NCBI GenBank assembly: GCA_963713825.1
Contig: CAVQNG010000014.1
Span: 160,001 to 224,000, forward strand
Source of the DNA: an uncultured Acidobacteriota bacterium
Lineage (GTDB): Bacteria > Acidobacteriota > Thermoanaerobaculia > Multivoradales > JAHEKO01
Reading direction: 5' to 3'
Length of the DNA: 64,000 bases
This document shows, piece after piece, positions 28,653-39,806 of this stretch; the stretch's first letter is position 1; every line of letters begins with the position of its first letter. Under the pieces are notes generated by a model. It saw nothing but the letters and a program-made list of their open reading frames with translations, had not been told where the DNA came from and ran no database searches. The position numbers and the translations under genes are program-made.

Positions 28653-28846
28653 GGCAACTCCGGGGTCCCGGCGGAGTACATCCCGAGGATGTCTCCCTGA
28701 TGAACATAGTAACGGTTGCAATCAGGCTCTGCAAAGCCGGGTGGGGGTGATCGGACATGGACGAGGGCGGAGCGAGCCCTCCATTGGACATGGAGGGCTC
28801 GCTGCAGTTGGCTCTGCGTCGGCAAGTGCGCTCGCTTCGAAGTGCG

Positions 28847-29356
28847 TCAGTTGCCGCCACCCGAGTCGGGTCTCGCGTCGCGATGCGGGCGACCCTTCTG
28901 ACCTCGAGGGCGAACGGTTTCTCTCGCGGTCTTGAGCGCCTCGAACTTCTCGACCTGGTCGGGTGAGAGGATCGACGCTAGCTCGCGATCGAGACTCGAG
29001 CGCCTGTCGTGCATCGTTTCGGAACCACGGTGCAGGGTCAAAGCGAGAGCTCCCAGCTCGGAGAGATCTGGATTGTCGGTATCAGCCAGCGTACGAAACT
29101 GCTGACGGATCTCAGCCAGCTCCTGCCATTCCTGGCGTACGGTCTCTCGGTGATGGTCGAGAATCTGCTCCCACTCGATCCGTTGTCCGTCGGTCAGCTC
29201 CAGGTAGTCAGCCGCTGCTTCCAGCCGACGCTCGGCGCCGGGGAGCCGGCCCTCTTCTTCACCGGGAAAGCGCTCCCGTCCAGAAGGTTGGGCATTCAGG
29301 GTCATCGGTAGAGCCATCAATGCGATGGCGGCGACGATCAAAGTTCGATTTGTCAC
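28847..29356 (-). CDS. Spy/CpxP-like periplasmic helical protein
   Basis: Signal peptide and LTxxQ-like motifs (LELTDGQR; ILSPDQ). Confidence 0.75.
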   Translation of the reverse strand: MTNRTLIVAAIALMALPMTLNAQPSGRERFPGEEEGRLPGAERRLEAAADYLELTDGQRIEWEQILDHHRETVRQEWQELAEIRQQFRTLADTDNPDLSELGALALTLHRGSETMHDRRSSLDRELASILSPDQVEKFEALKTARETVRPRGQKGRPHRDARPDSGGGN

Positions 29357-29546
29357 TGTAGTGTCTCCCGTAGTTCGTGGGGATTTGTTGGTCTTTGATT
29401 ATCCGGTTTCAATTTGGCGCCTGCTGATGAAACACGGTAGTTGTGGAAATCCTGCGATGCGGTGGTTGACTGGATCGATGTCGTGCGGCCATGCCTTTTC
29501 GCTAAACTAGTTTCGAGAGAGCACTCCGATCCGCGGAGGTCGAGTC

Positions 29547-30941
29547 ATGAGCCGAGTCCAAGTGGCCACAGAGAAGATGAGATCGGTGGACCACGCCTGG
29601 CTGCGCATGGATGAACCGGCCAACCTGATGATGATCAACGGTGTGCTGTTCTTCGATCGCCCGTTGGTCCTGGATGAGGTGAAGAGGGTGCTGGGAGAAC
29701 GCCTTCTCGAGATCCCACGGTTCCAGCAAAGAGTCGTGGCCACGACGCGGGGTCAGAGATTCTCGTGGGAGCAGGACCCAACCTTCGACCTCGACTCGCA
29801 TGTCGTAGAAGAGACGTTGGCGTCACCGGGAGACGACGGTGCGCTGCAGAATCTCGTCAGCCATTGGATGAGCACCCCTCTCGACCGCGAGCGACCGCTT
29901 TGGATGTGTCATCTACTCCAGAACTACAAGGGTGGCTGTGCGCTCCTTTGGCGCATTCACCACTGCATGGGCGATGGTTTGGCTCTGATGCTGGTTCTTC
30001 TCTCGGTTACGGAGACGGAACCGCCTGATCCTGAGACCGCCAAAGAAGCCGTCAACCCACTCAGAGCCCTGTTCAGCGCGAACCCTCCGGGAAGGGAGGA
30101 GGCCCGTCGCTATCTCGAGCAGGTAATGCCAGCCGCGGTAGGGCTGCTGACGGGCCCGGCCGAAAAATTGGCAGCAGCGAGCAAGTGGATCAAGAGTGGG
30201 GTCTTTATGCCAACTTTCGGCCGCATGGCGGTGCGGCTTCCGGACCCGCGAACCGTGTTCAAAGGTCGTTTGGGTATTGCGAAGAGAGCGACATGGACCG
30301 AGCCTATCTCTCTGGATGACGTGCAGCGTGTGCGGCAAGCAATCGGTGGAACCCTGAATGACGTTCTGACGAATGCCGTTGCCGGCGGACTGAGGCGCTA
30401 TCTGGTCCGTCGTGGGGAGGTCAAGCACGAGCTGAGCTTTCGAGCCATCGTTCCGGTGAGCCTGCGGCCGCTGGAGCAGATGGCTCGGCTCGGCAACCAG
30501 TTCGGGCTCGTTTTTCTCTCTCTGCCGATCGGAATCGAGGATCCCAGAGAGCGCTTGGCGGAGCTGCAGCGCCGAATGGGGCGCCTGAAGCGCTCCTTCG
30601 AGCCGGTTGTGGTCTTGCAGGTCCTAGGGGCGCTAGGAGCTTCGCCGAACGCGATTCAGAAGCTGGTGGTGAAGATCTTCGGCACCAAGGGAACCGCTGT
30701 TCTGACCAATGTCCCAGGTCCTGAACGGACCTTGTACTTCACCGGCGAGCCCTTGAAGAGCTTCGTAATCTGGGTGCCTCAGTCGGCGAGGCTGGGCATG
30801 GGCATCGCCATCGTGAGCTACGCCGGCCAGGTACGGGTCGGCATTGCTACCGATCAGGGTTTGGTGGCCGATCCCGAGTCCATCGTGGCTGGATTTCACG
30901 AGGAGTTCTCGGCCATGTTGGACCTGGCAGAGCGAAGCTGA
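29547..30941 (+). CDS. Wax ester synthase/diacylglycerol acyltransferase (WS/DGAT)
   Basis: D.AWL.M, PLDRERPLW, catalytic HHCMGDG (HHxxxDG), TLNDV, PVSLR, GNQFG, TNVPGP and SYAG. Confidence 0.93.
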   Translation: MSRVQVATEKMRSVDHAWLRMDEPANLMMINGVLFFDRPLVLDEVKRVLGERLLEIPRFQQRVVATTRGQRFSWEQDPTFDLDSHVVEETLASPGDDGALQNLVSHWMSTPLDRERPLWMCHLLQNYKGGCALLWRIHHCMGDGLALMLVLLSVTETEPPDPETAKEAVNPLRALFSANPPGREEARRYLEQVMPAAVGLLTGPAEKLAAASKWIKSGVFMPTFGRMAVRLPDPRTVFKGRLGIAKRATWTEPISLDDVQRVRQAIGGTLNDVLTNAVAGGLRRYLVRRGEVKHELSFRAIVPVSLRPLEQMARLGNQFGLVFLSLPIGIEDPRERLAELQRRMGRLKRSFEPVVVLQVLGALGASPNAIQKLVVKIFGTKGTAVLTNVPGPERTLYFTGEPLKSFVIWVPQSARLGMGIAIVSYAGQVRVGIATDQGLVADPESIVAGFHEEFSAMLDLAERS

Positions 30942-30971
30942 CTCCTGAGGCTCGGCCCGGGGCGCAATTTC

Positions 30972-32195
30972 ATGGATCTTCTTCGCAATCTCGATTTCTG
31001 GAAGCATGTCTCGATTCCTTTTGTGGCGGGTATCGTGGGCTGGGCCACCAACTGGGTGGCGATCAAGCTCACCTTCCTGCCGCTGGAGTTCCGCGGCTGG
31101 CGGCCTTGGCTCGGTTGGCAGGGGATCATCCCGTCCAAGGCAGGGAAGATGGCCGGGATCTTCGCGGAATCGACGATGTTTCGTCTCGGGACGCTGGGTG
31201 AGATCTTCCAGCACATGGACCCGGGTGCAATGGCGGATCACATCGCTGCCGTCGTCGAGCCGCGAATCGAAGAGTACACCGATGAAGTCATGTTCTATGG
31301 CGGGAACGGGACTCTCTGGCGCTCCTTGCCAAACCTCGTGAAGGGTCGAATCTACTCGAGAGTGCGTGAGGAAATGCCAACTCTGGTGCATGAGCTGATG
31401 CGGGAGGTGAGTGACGAGATCGAGGATCTGGTGGATTTCAAGCACATGCTGGTGACTCGACTCGAGGGGGACAAGGATCTGCTGAACCGCTTGTTCATCG
31501 AGTCGGGCGAGGAGGAGTTCCGGTTCATCGTTCGGTCCGGGCTCTACTTCGGCTTCCTGTTCGGTCTCGTTCAGCTGGCCGTCTGGATCTTCTACCAAGG
31601 CTGGTGGGTTCTACCGTTTTTCGGTGGGCTCGTTGGCTATGCAACCAACTGGATTGCCATCAATCTCATTTTCCGACCGCTGCATCCGAAGAAGCTCGGG
31701 CCCTGGACTGTGCAGGGTCTTTTTCTGAAGCGACAGCGGGAAGTGGCCGCAGTCTGGACCCATTTGGTGACCAGGGAAGTGGTGACCCTGCGGCAGATCA
31801 TCGAGGCGATGTTGGTCGGGCCCAGATCCGACAAGGTCGAGGCGCTGATCAAGAAGCACGTCGAGCCCATAGCGGACGAGGCCTTGGGGAGCTTTCTCCC
31901 AGCCGCGGAGCTCACGGCGGGCTCCCGGCTGGAGACCATTCGGGAGTCCGTCGGAGACAAGGCGATCGAAGTGTTGATCGAGCCCTTCAATCACTGGGGA
32001 TTCAATGAGGATCGGGCCGAGGTTCTCGGAGAGCTGTTGCAGGAGCGGATGGCAGAGCTGCCGCCGGATGAGTTCCAGGACCTGCTGCGCCCCTGTTTTC
32101 AGGAGGACGAGTGGAAGCTCATCCTGATGGGAGGGGTGCTCGGCTTACTGGCGGGACTCTCCCAGCTTGTCTTCGTCTTCGGTGGATTGGGATGA
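30972..32195 (+). CDS. DUF445-family membrane protein
   Basis: Repeated G(W/Y)ATNW(V/I)AI motif, WQGIIP, and C-terminal E..LI..GG.LG. Confidence 0.85.
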   Translation: MDLLRNLDFWKHVSIPFVAGIVGWATNWVAIKLTFLPLEFRGWRPWLGWQGIIPSKAGKMAGIFAESTMFRLGTLGEIFQHMDPGAMADHIAAVVEPRIEEYTDEVMFYGGNGTLWRSLPNLVKGRIYSRVREEMPTLVHELMREVSDEIEDLVDFKHMLVTRLEGDKDLLNRLFIESGEEEFRFIVRSGLYFGFLFGLVQLAVWIFYQGWWVLPFFGGLVGYATNWIAINLIFRPLHPKKLGPWTVQGLFLKRQREVAAVWTHLVTREVVTLRQIIEAMLVGPRSDKVEALIKKHVEPIADEALGSFLPAAELTAGSRLETIRESVGDKAIEVLIEPFNHWGFNEDRAEVLGELLQERMAELPPDEFQDLLRPCFQEDEWKLILMGGVLGLLAGLSQLVFVFGGLG

Positions 32196-32335
32196 GGCAG
32201 GCGGTGCTACCCCGGCGGGTAGTAGGCTCTCTACCTGTTGGTATGTTTGCCAGCGAGAGGCTGTCCCCTATGGTTGGATCAGAGGCTGGCCTTCAAGTAG
32301 CGGCCCGGGTCGGCCTTTTACGAAAGGAGGCGTCG

Positions 32336-32587
32336 ATGGGTGGTTCCAACGTGCGCTACCGCGATGTGTTCGATCGGGAGACTCAGGCCATCGCCTGGAA
32401 GTCTCCAGACGGGCGCGAATTCCTCGTTTGTGGAACGGAGGGTGGCTACGCCCTGCGGTCTCCAGAGGAATGGGAGTCCGACGACGACGTCGAATTCGAG
32501 GCCGACAGTGAGGGGCACGTCTTCTGCGACGGTGAGCCCGTGGGGTGGAAAATCCCACGGGAGGTGCTGGATCGCGCTGACGCCTGA
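32336..32587 (+). CDS. Small acidic hypothetical protein (83 aa)
   Basis: Strong AAAGGAGG RBS 5 nt before ATG 32336; GC3-rich codons; fills an otherwise empty gap. No family recognised. Confidence 0.7.
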   Translation: MGGSNVRYRDVFDRETQAIAWKSPDGREFLVCGTEGGYALRSPEEWESDDDVEFEADSEGHVFCDGEPVGWKIPREVLDRADA

Positions 32588-32695
32588 GTTGCCCCGTCAG
32601 GCCGAATAGCCCGAGTACGTTCGGGTTTGGTGAACGGGTCAGGACCCGTCGGGTCGAGCCTCTTTCACGCTGCACCCGGCGATGGGAGACCGAGC

Positions 32696-33070
32696 ATGCA
32701 AGATAACCATCCTGCCAACTACAGGAGGCTACAGGCGTTGATCGCAGAGCTCTCCGGCAGCCTGCCCGAGACAATGCAGGCCTTCAAGGGGCTTCACAAG
32801 CAAGCGACGGCTGATGGCGCTCTGGACCGCAGAACGAAGGAGCTGATCGCCCTGGGTATGGCACTGAGTATCAACTGTGGGGGTTGCGTCGCATATCACG
32901 TCAAACAATCCCTGGAGGCGGGTGCCAGTCGCGAGGAGATCCTGGAGGCAGTAGGTGTCGCCGTCATGATGGGCGGAGGTCCCGCAGTAGTCTATGGCTG
33001 CGAAGCCCTGTCGGCTTTGGATCAGTTTCAGGCCGAGGGCACCCTGGGGAACCGGTCCTTGGCACCCTGA
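32696..33070 (+). CDS. Carboxymuconolactone decarboxylase/AhpD-like protein
   Basis: GALD.RTKELIALG, CGGC (CxxC)...YH, GASREEILEA..VA..MGGGP. Confidence 0.92.
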   Translation: MQDNHPANYRRLQALIAELSGSLPETMQAFKGLHKQATADGALDRRTKELIALGMALSINCGGCVAYHVKQSLEAGASREEILEAVGVAVMMGGGPAVVYGCEALSALDQFQAEGTLGNRSLAP

Positions 33071-33131
33071 GTATGTGCTCGAGGCGGTCCAATTCGAACC
33101 CAGAAGCGAACTCTCTCAGAGGACGGATCTA

Positions 33132-34829
33132 ATGAAGCGACTTCTAGTGCTGATTGGATGTCTCTCCCTGGCGGCAGTCAGTCTGCATGCCGCTGACCGA
33201 ATCACGGGCAAGACCTTTGCGACACGATCGGAGGTCATCGCTGCTCATGGGATGGCGGCGACCAGTCAGCCGCTGGCGACCCAGGTGGCACTCGACATTC
33301 TGCAACAGGGCGGCAATGCCATCGATGCGGCGATCGCGGCCAATGCGATGCTGGGTCTCGTGGAGCCGACCGGCAACGGCATCGGCGGAGACCTCTTTGC
33401 CATCGTCTGGGATGCAGAGAGTCGCAAACTGTATGGCCTCAATGCGAGCGGTCGTTCCCCCTACTCGCTCACTTTGGAGTGGTTCCAGCAGCAGGGCCTG
33501 GTGTCGATCCCGAGTCATGGCCCCTTACCGGTTACCGTGCCAGGGGCAGTGGACGGTTGGTTCGAATTGCACGAGCGTTTCGGCAAGCTGCCCATGCAGC
33601 AGGTTCTGGCGCCGGCGATCCAGTATGCCCAGGAAGGGTTCCCGGTCAGTGAGTTGATCGCCTACTACTGGCAGCGTAGCGTTCCGACGCTCGAGGTGTG
33701 GGCTGGATTCAAAGAGGTGTACATGCCGGGCGGAAAAGCCCCCCAGAAAGGCGAGATCTTCCGCAATCCGGCGTTGGCCAGGACCCTTCAGGCGATCGCC
33801 GATGGCGGCCGTGACGCGTTCTACAAGGGTGATATTGCTCGTACCATCGACGCATTCATGCAACGAGAGGGTGGTTTCCTTTCCTATCGAGATCTGGCAG
33901 AGCACACGTCCACCTGGGTAGAGCCGGTCTCGACGAATTATCGCGGCTATGAAGTCTGGGAATTGCCTCCCAATGGGCAGGGTATTGCCGCGCTGCAGAT
34001 TTTGAATCTCCTCGAGCACTACGACTTGTCGAAGATGGGCTTCGGCAGTGCCGACTATGTCCACCTGTTCGTCGAAGCCAAGAAGCTCGTTTTCGAGGAC
34101 AGGGCGCGGTGGTATGCGGATCCGGACTTCAACGACATCCCGGTCGCGGAGCTCATTTCCAAGGAGTACGCGGCTCGACGCAGAGAGCTCATCGACCTTG
34201 ACCGGGCGGCAGACACCTTCGAAGCTGGCAATCCTGCTCTCGAGGAAGGCGACACGATCTACCTGACGGTCGCCGATGCGGATCGCAACATGATCTCCCT
34301 GATCCAGTCGAACTACCGCGGCATGGGCACGGGCCTTTCACCCGATGGTCTGGGGTTCATTCTCCAGGATCGCGGTGAGCTGTTCACGCTCGAGGAGGGG
34401 CAGTTCAACACCTACGAGCCACACAAGCGGCCCTTCCACACCATCATTCCGGCTTTTGTGACGAAGGACGGGGAACCGCATATGAGCTTCGGGGTGATGG
34501 GGGGGGCGACGCAGCCGCAGGCTCACGCCCAGATCATCATCAACATGGTCGACTTTGGAATGAACCTGCAGGAGGCCGGCGACGCTCCGAGGATTCTGCA
34601 CCAGGGGTCTTCCCAGCCGACAGGCGAGACGATGCTCGATGGCGGGACCGTTGTTCTCGAGACTGGTTTTCCGTATGAGGCGATTCGCGATCTCGTCGGC
34701 CGCGGTCACGCTGTCGGGTGGGATGTCGGACCCTACGGGGGATATCAGGCCATCCTCCTCGACGGCGATGAGGGGGTCTACTACGGAGCTTCCGAGTCCC
34801 GGAAGGACGGCCAGGCAGCCGGGTTCTGA
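33132..34829 (+). CDS. ggt: Gamma-glutamyltransferase (exported)
   Basis: Signal peptide, GGNAIDAAIA, GIGGD.F, VPG, N-terminal nucleophile site GDTIY, KRPFHTIIP, GVMGG..QPQ and SRKDG. Confidence 0.95.
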   Translation: MKRLLVLIGCLSLAAVSLHAADRITGKTFATRSEVIAAHGMAATSQPLATQVALDILQQGGNAIDAAIAANAMLGLVEPTGNGIGGDLFAIVWDAESRKLYGLNASGRSPYSLTLEWFQQQGLVSIPSHGPLPVTVPGAVDGWFELHERFGKLPMQQVLAPAIQYAQEGFPVSELIAYYWQRSVPTLEVWAGFKEVYMPGGKAPQKGEIFRNPALARTLQAIADGGRDAFYKGDIARTIDAFMQREGGFLSYRDLAEHTSTWVEPVSTNYRGYEVWELPPNGQGIAALQILNLLEHYDLSKMGFGSADYVHLFVEAKKLVFEDRARWYADPDFNDIPVAELISKEYAARRRELIDLDRAADTFEAGNPALEEGDTIYLTVADADRNMISLIQSNYRGMGTGLSPDGLGFILQDRGELFTLEEGQFNTYEPHKRPFHTIIPAFVTKDGEPHMSFGVMGGATQPQAHAQIIINMVDFGMNLQEAGDAPRILHQGSSQPTGETMLDGGTVVLETGFPYEAIRDLVGRGHAVGWDVGPYGGYQAILLDGDEGVYYGASESRKDGQAAGF

Positions 34830-34894
34830 AGCAGCAGTCCACGACTGCCCGCAGGTCCCGCCTCGAACTTCACGATGTCAGGCCGGAGGAGTAC

Positions 34895-37318
34895 CTAGGG
34901 TCGGGCCTCCGCTGGGGGAGTGGAGAAGGCTCTGACGTCCGATGCGAACTGTTCCAGACGCTCGGCTACCATTCGGTTCAGACTTCCTTCTGGATAGGAG
35001 CCGTCCTCTGAAGATGTGCCGGCTTCGATGCCTGTCAGTAACTCGATTCCCTGATCCACTGACTCGATCGGAAAGACGTGGAACTGCTTGGCGTCGACCG
35101 CCTCGACCACATCCTGGCGCAGCATCAGGTGCTGAATATTGGAGGCAGGTATCAGCACTCCCTGTTCGCCGGTGAGGCCGTGCCTGGCGCAGACATCGAA
35201 GTAGCCCTCGATCTTGTCGTTGACACCGCCGATGGCCTGAATCTGTCCGAGCTGATTGACCGAACCCGTGACCGCCAGTGATTGGCGGATGGGAACTCCG
35301 GCGATGGCCGAAAGCAAGGCGTAGAGCTCGGCCGACGAAGCGCTGTCGCCATCGATGCCGCCGTATGACTGTTCGAAGACCAGGCTGGCGGACAGGGATA
35401 GGGGGTGACTCTGGGCATACCGAGCACCCAGGAACGCGGTCAGGATCAGCACGCCCTTCGAGTGCGAGGGGCCGGAGAGCTCGACTTCGCGCTCGATGTC
35501 CACCACCTCTCCTTTGCCGAGTCGAACACGGGCCGTGATCCGACTCGGCCTACCGAAGGCGAACTCACCCATCTGAATGACGGAAAGACCATTCACCTGT
35601 CCGATCTGCTCACCTGTCGTCTCGAGCAGAATGGTTTGTCGATCGATTGCCTCCAGAGTTCTCTCTCGCAGTCGATCGCTGCGGAAGACCCAGTGATCGA
35701 TAGCCTGTTGGACATCGCTGGCGGTAACCGAATGCCGATCGCCGTCCCCGGCCCAGTGGTCGGCCTCCCTCATCAGATCCAGGATGCGGCTCATGAGCAG
35801 TGACATTCTCTGGGCGTCACCAACGGATCGGGCGCTGTGCTCGATGACCCGGGCAACAGCCGTCCGATCGAAGGGGAGAAGACCCTCTTCTCGCACCAGC
35901 TTGGCAATCAGTCGCGCATAGAGCTCCTGGTTTTCGGGGCTCCACTCGACAATTCCCGCAAAGTCGGCACCGACCTTGAAGAGCTCGCCAAATTCTGGAT
36001 CGAGCGTCGGTAGGAGGTAATAGACCATCGGGGCGCCCAACAAGACGACTTTGACCGTCAGATCGACTGGCTCGGGCTCGAGTGAGTAGGTGCTCATCAG
36101 GCTCATTGCCTCGCCAAGGGACTCGATCTTGATCTTCCTGGATTGCAGGGCCCGCTTGAGACCCTCGTAAGCGAAAGGCTGTTGCAGGACCTTGAGGGCG
36201 TCGACCAGAAGATATCCGCCCCGGGCGCGGTGCAGGGCCCCAGCCTTGATCAGGTTGAAGTCTGTCACCACTGCCCCCATTTGAGGGATGTGCTCGACCC
36301 GGCCGACGAGGTTCTGATAGGTAGGGTTGTCCTCGTAGACCACCGGAGCGCCAGTCGAGTTGCGATGATCCACGAGTAGGTTGACCCGATAGCGTCGCAG
36401 GCTCGGCTTCTCCGAGTCATCCCCTCCCGAGATGGCGTTCATGGAGATCGAGGTTGCCTTTTCTCCTCTGGATCCCAAGCGACTGGCATTCTCGACGAAG
36501 TCGTCCTCGGCGGCGTTCAGAAAGCCCTCGACCTCCTCGAGGCCGTCGAATTGCTCTCTGAGCTCGTCGAAGAGCGGCCTGACAGCGAAGCGATTCACCT
36601 CGACGTTGAGCTCGCGTAGCTCTTCGCTGGCCTGCCGCTGCCAGCGAGGGAACTGCCGAAGCACCTTCTGAAGGTCCTCCTTGAAGCCTTCGATCTCCTT
36701 TTCGAGCCGCTTCTGCTCCTTGTCCGGCAGCTTCTGAAACTCCTCGGGCGACAGCACTTCTTCCTCGCCCTTCGGGGCGAAGACGATTCCTACAGGCGTG
36801 CGGACCAGCGCCAGGCCTTGCTCGCCGGCCTTGTCGCCCAGCTCGGAGAGTGCCTCTCCTTGTCGCTCTTCGAACTTCTGTTCGAGCGCCTGCTTGCGAG
36901 TCTGGTATTCCTCGCTTTCGAGGGCAGTCTCGAGGACGGTGCGGACTTCTTCGAGAAACTCTCGCATCGCCTTCTGGAGCTCGCTACCGCGACCCGTCGG
37001 AAGCTCGAGGACGCGAGGTTTGTGCGATTCGACGAAGTTGTTCACGTAGCACAGATCGGGCGGGACCTCTGCCGTTGCCGCTTTGCCTTCCAGGTACTGC
37101 TTGACCGCCGTGTGCTTGCCGGTGCCGGGGGGGCCGAAAGCGAAGATGTTGTAGCCCTCCTTTTCGATGCCGATTCCGAGCTCGATTGCAGCCACGGCAC
37201 GCGGCTGCCCGAGAAGACCGTGCAGGTCATCGAGATCGTCTGTGGTAGAGAATTCCAGATCGCCGAAATTACATCGGCGGTACAACTGCTGGGAGTCCAG
37301 TTCCTTGGCTTTGGCCAC
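34895..37318 (-). CDS. Lon-like protease (LonC/LonB-type: AAA-like domain with coiled-coil insert plus S16 protease domain)
   Basis: GQPRA, GPPGTGK, GALHRARGGYL, catalytic Ser in EQSYGGIDGDSAS, and Lys in GGVNDKIEG. GTG start. Confidence 0.9.
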   Translation of the reverse strand: MAKAKELDSQQLYRRCNFGDLEFSTTDDLDDLHGLLGQPRAVAAIELGIGIEKEGYNIFAFGPPGTGKHTAVKQYLEGKAATAEVPPDLCYVNNFVESHKPRVLELPTGRGSELQKAMREFLEEVRTVLETALESEEYQTRKQALEQKFEERQGEALSELGDKAGEQGLALVRTPVGIVFAPKGEEEVLSPEEFQKLPDKEQKRLEKEIEGFKEDLQKVLRQFPRWQRQASEELRELNVEVNRFAVRPLFDELREQFDGLEEVEGFLNAAEDDFVENASRLGSRGEKATSISMNAISGGDDSEKPSLRRYRVNLLVDHRNSTGAPVVYEDNPTYQNLVGRVEHIPQMGAVVTDFNLIKAGALHRARGGYLLVDALKVLQQPFAYEGLKRALQSRKIKIESLGEAMSLMSTYSLEPEPVDLTVKVVLLGAPMVYYLLPTLDPEFGELFKVGADFAGIVEWSPENQELYARLIAKLVREEGLLPFDRTAVARVIEHSARSVGDAQRMSLLMSRILDLMREADHWAGDGDRHSVTASDVQQAIDHWVFRSDRLRERTLEAIDRQTILLETTGEQIGQVNGLSVIQMGEFAFGRPSRITARVRLGKGEVVDIEREVELSGPSHSKGVLILTAFLGARYAQSHPLSLSASLVFEQSYGGIDGDSASSAELYALLSAIAGVPIRQSLAVTGSVNQLGQIQAIGGVNDKIEGYFDVCARHGLTGEQGVLIPASNIQHLMLRQDVVEAVDAKQFHVFPIESVDQGIELLTGIEAGTSSEDGSYPEGSLNRMVAERLEQFASDVRAFSTPPAEARP

Positions 37319-37566
37319 GATCCGTCCCTCTCATCTGTTGCCGTTGGGCTACCGTGTTTTGGCGGGATTGCTGCAACACCGCGACTCCAGTATACGCGCC
37401 GTAGGGCCTGCAGCGCAGGCTCGTTGAGGACGGTTTGTTGCGGTCGATGCAGGGGTACTGTCGAACAACTCGGGAGCTGTGGGACAGCGTACGGTCAACC
37501 CGTGTCCGCACTTTCGAGGAGAGTTCTGTGGGCCGAGGCGATTTGGTTGACTCGATCTCCCGAAAT

Positions 37567-37597
37567 GAAGAGGGAGGCGAGTGTCGCCTCCCTCTTC
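37567..37597 (-). terminator. Intrinsic terminator downstream of gltA
   Basis: Perfect 14-bp inverted repeat GAAGAGGGAGGCGA-GTG-TCGCCTCCCTCTTC 20 nt after the gltA stop; U-rich end (UCUUCAUUU) on the minus strand. Confidence 0.8.
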
Positions 37598-37617
37598 TAC
37601 TACCGATCGTCGGGACT

Positions 37618-38940
<1,323 letters not shown>

Positions 38941-39106
38941 GTCGTCTTTCCTCCCGGGTTGTGGAGTGCACGTCGCGTAGGGCTCCTTTAATCCTGGAAC
39001 AAACGACGCGTCGAAACATTTTGCTCCAGATTCCAGGCAGTGTAACCACCCAGTAGGGCGGTTTGCGGATCATTCATTTGATGGCATTTTTCTGCGAGAT
39101 AGTGTG

Positions 39107-39135
39107 TTGCGAGAAGCTAATACTTGGCGTATAAT
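39107..39135 (+). promoter_or_regulatory. Sigma70-type promoter of the MarR-kor-hdr operon
   Basis: TTGCGA (39107-39112), 17-bp spacer, perfect TATAAT (39130-39135), in an AT-rich gap within GC-rich sequence. Confidence 0.75.
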
Positions 39136-39137
39136 GC

Positions 39138-39169
39138 TTAACGCAGTTAAATACTTACGTGGTTAAGTA
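39138..39169. promoter_or_regulatory. Tandem palindromic operator sites, probably bound by the downstream MarR
   Basis: TTAAC-GCA-GTTAA (39138-39150) and TACTTA-CGTGGT-TAAGTA (39152-39169) lie between the -10 box and the ATG. Confidence 0.6.
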
Positions 39170-39170
39170 A

Positions 39171-39806
39171 ATGGCTCAAGTGGGTCTGGCATCCTCGCGA
39201 AGCAGCACGCGTGTCTCGGATGGCAACGGACACGACGAGGTCTTCCGCCTCCTACGTTTCTCACACATCTTCGCCTCGGTCGTCCGGGAATTCCTGGAAG
39301 TGCAGCTCCTCCACGAGGTCAGCGATGAAAATCTCTCTCTGTCGCAGTATCACCTCTTGAAGCTCATAACGCTGGATGGCGAGCACCAGATGGGGCAGGT
39401 GGCGGAGTTCCTGGGTATCAGTCCGCCGGCGGCGACCAAGAACATCGACAAGATGGAGCGCCTCGGTCTGGTCAGCCGCATGCCGTCGACAGGCGATCGG
39501 CGAGCCACGTTCCTGGAGCCCAGTCGACAGGGCCGCCAGCTGGTGAGCCGTTACGAGACACTGAAGGAATCGCGCTTGGCCCCGGTGCTCGAGTCTTTCT
39601 CCCAAAAAGAGTTGAAACAGATGGCAGATCTGTTGGAGCGTTTCTCGCTGCGGCTTATCCATCAGCAGGAGCCAATGTCACAGATTTGTCTGCGTTGTTC
39701 GGCCTACTACGACGAAAGTTGCCCAGTCCCCCATCTCCAAGACGGCTGCCCTTACAAGCAGGTCAAGGAGCACGGGGAAGCTGCGCAGTGCGAAGGGGAG
39801 GGTTGA
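39171..39806 (+). CDS. MarR-family transcriptional regulator with C-terminal four-Cys motif
   Basis: wHTH (LSLSQYHLL...VAEFLGISPPAATKNIDKMERLGLVSR...DRR) and C-terminal CLRC-x7-C-x8-C. Confidence 0.88.
   Translation: MAQVGLASSRSSTRVSDGNGHDEVFRLLRFSHIFASVVREFLEVQLLHEVSDENLSLSQYHLLKLITLDGEHQMGQVAEFLGISPPAATKNIDKMERLGLVSRMPSTGDRRATFLEPSRQGRQLVSRYETLKESRLAPVLESFSQKELKQMADLLERFSLRLIHQQEPMSQICLRCSAYYDESCPVPHLQDGCPYKQVKEHGEAAQCEGEG

Noticed and set aside
32336-33070. Possible second UGA readthrough joining the 83-aa protein to the in-frame AhpD-like gene
   Set aside because: The TGA is not in a Cys-type motif, the linker looks non-coding, and the AhpD-like gene has its own RBS and ATG. Same-frame adjacency occurs by chance one time in three.
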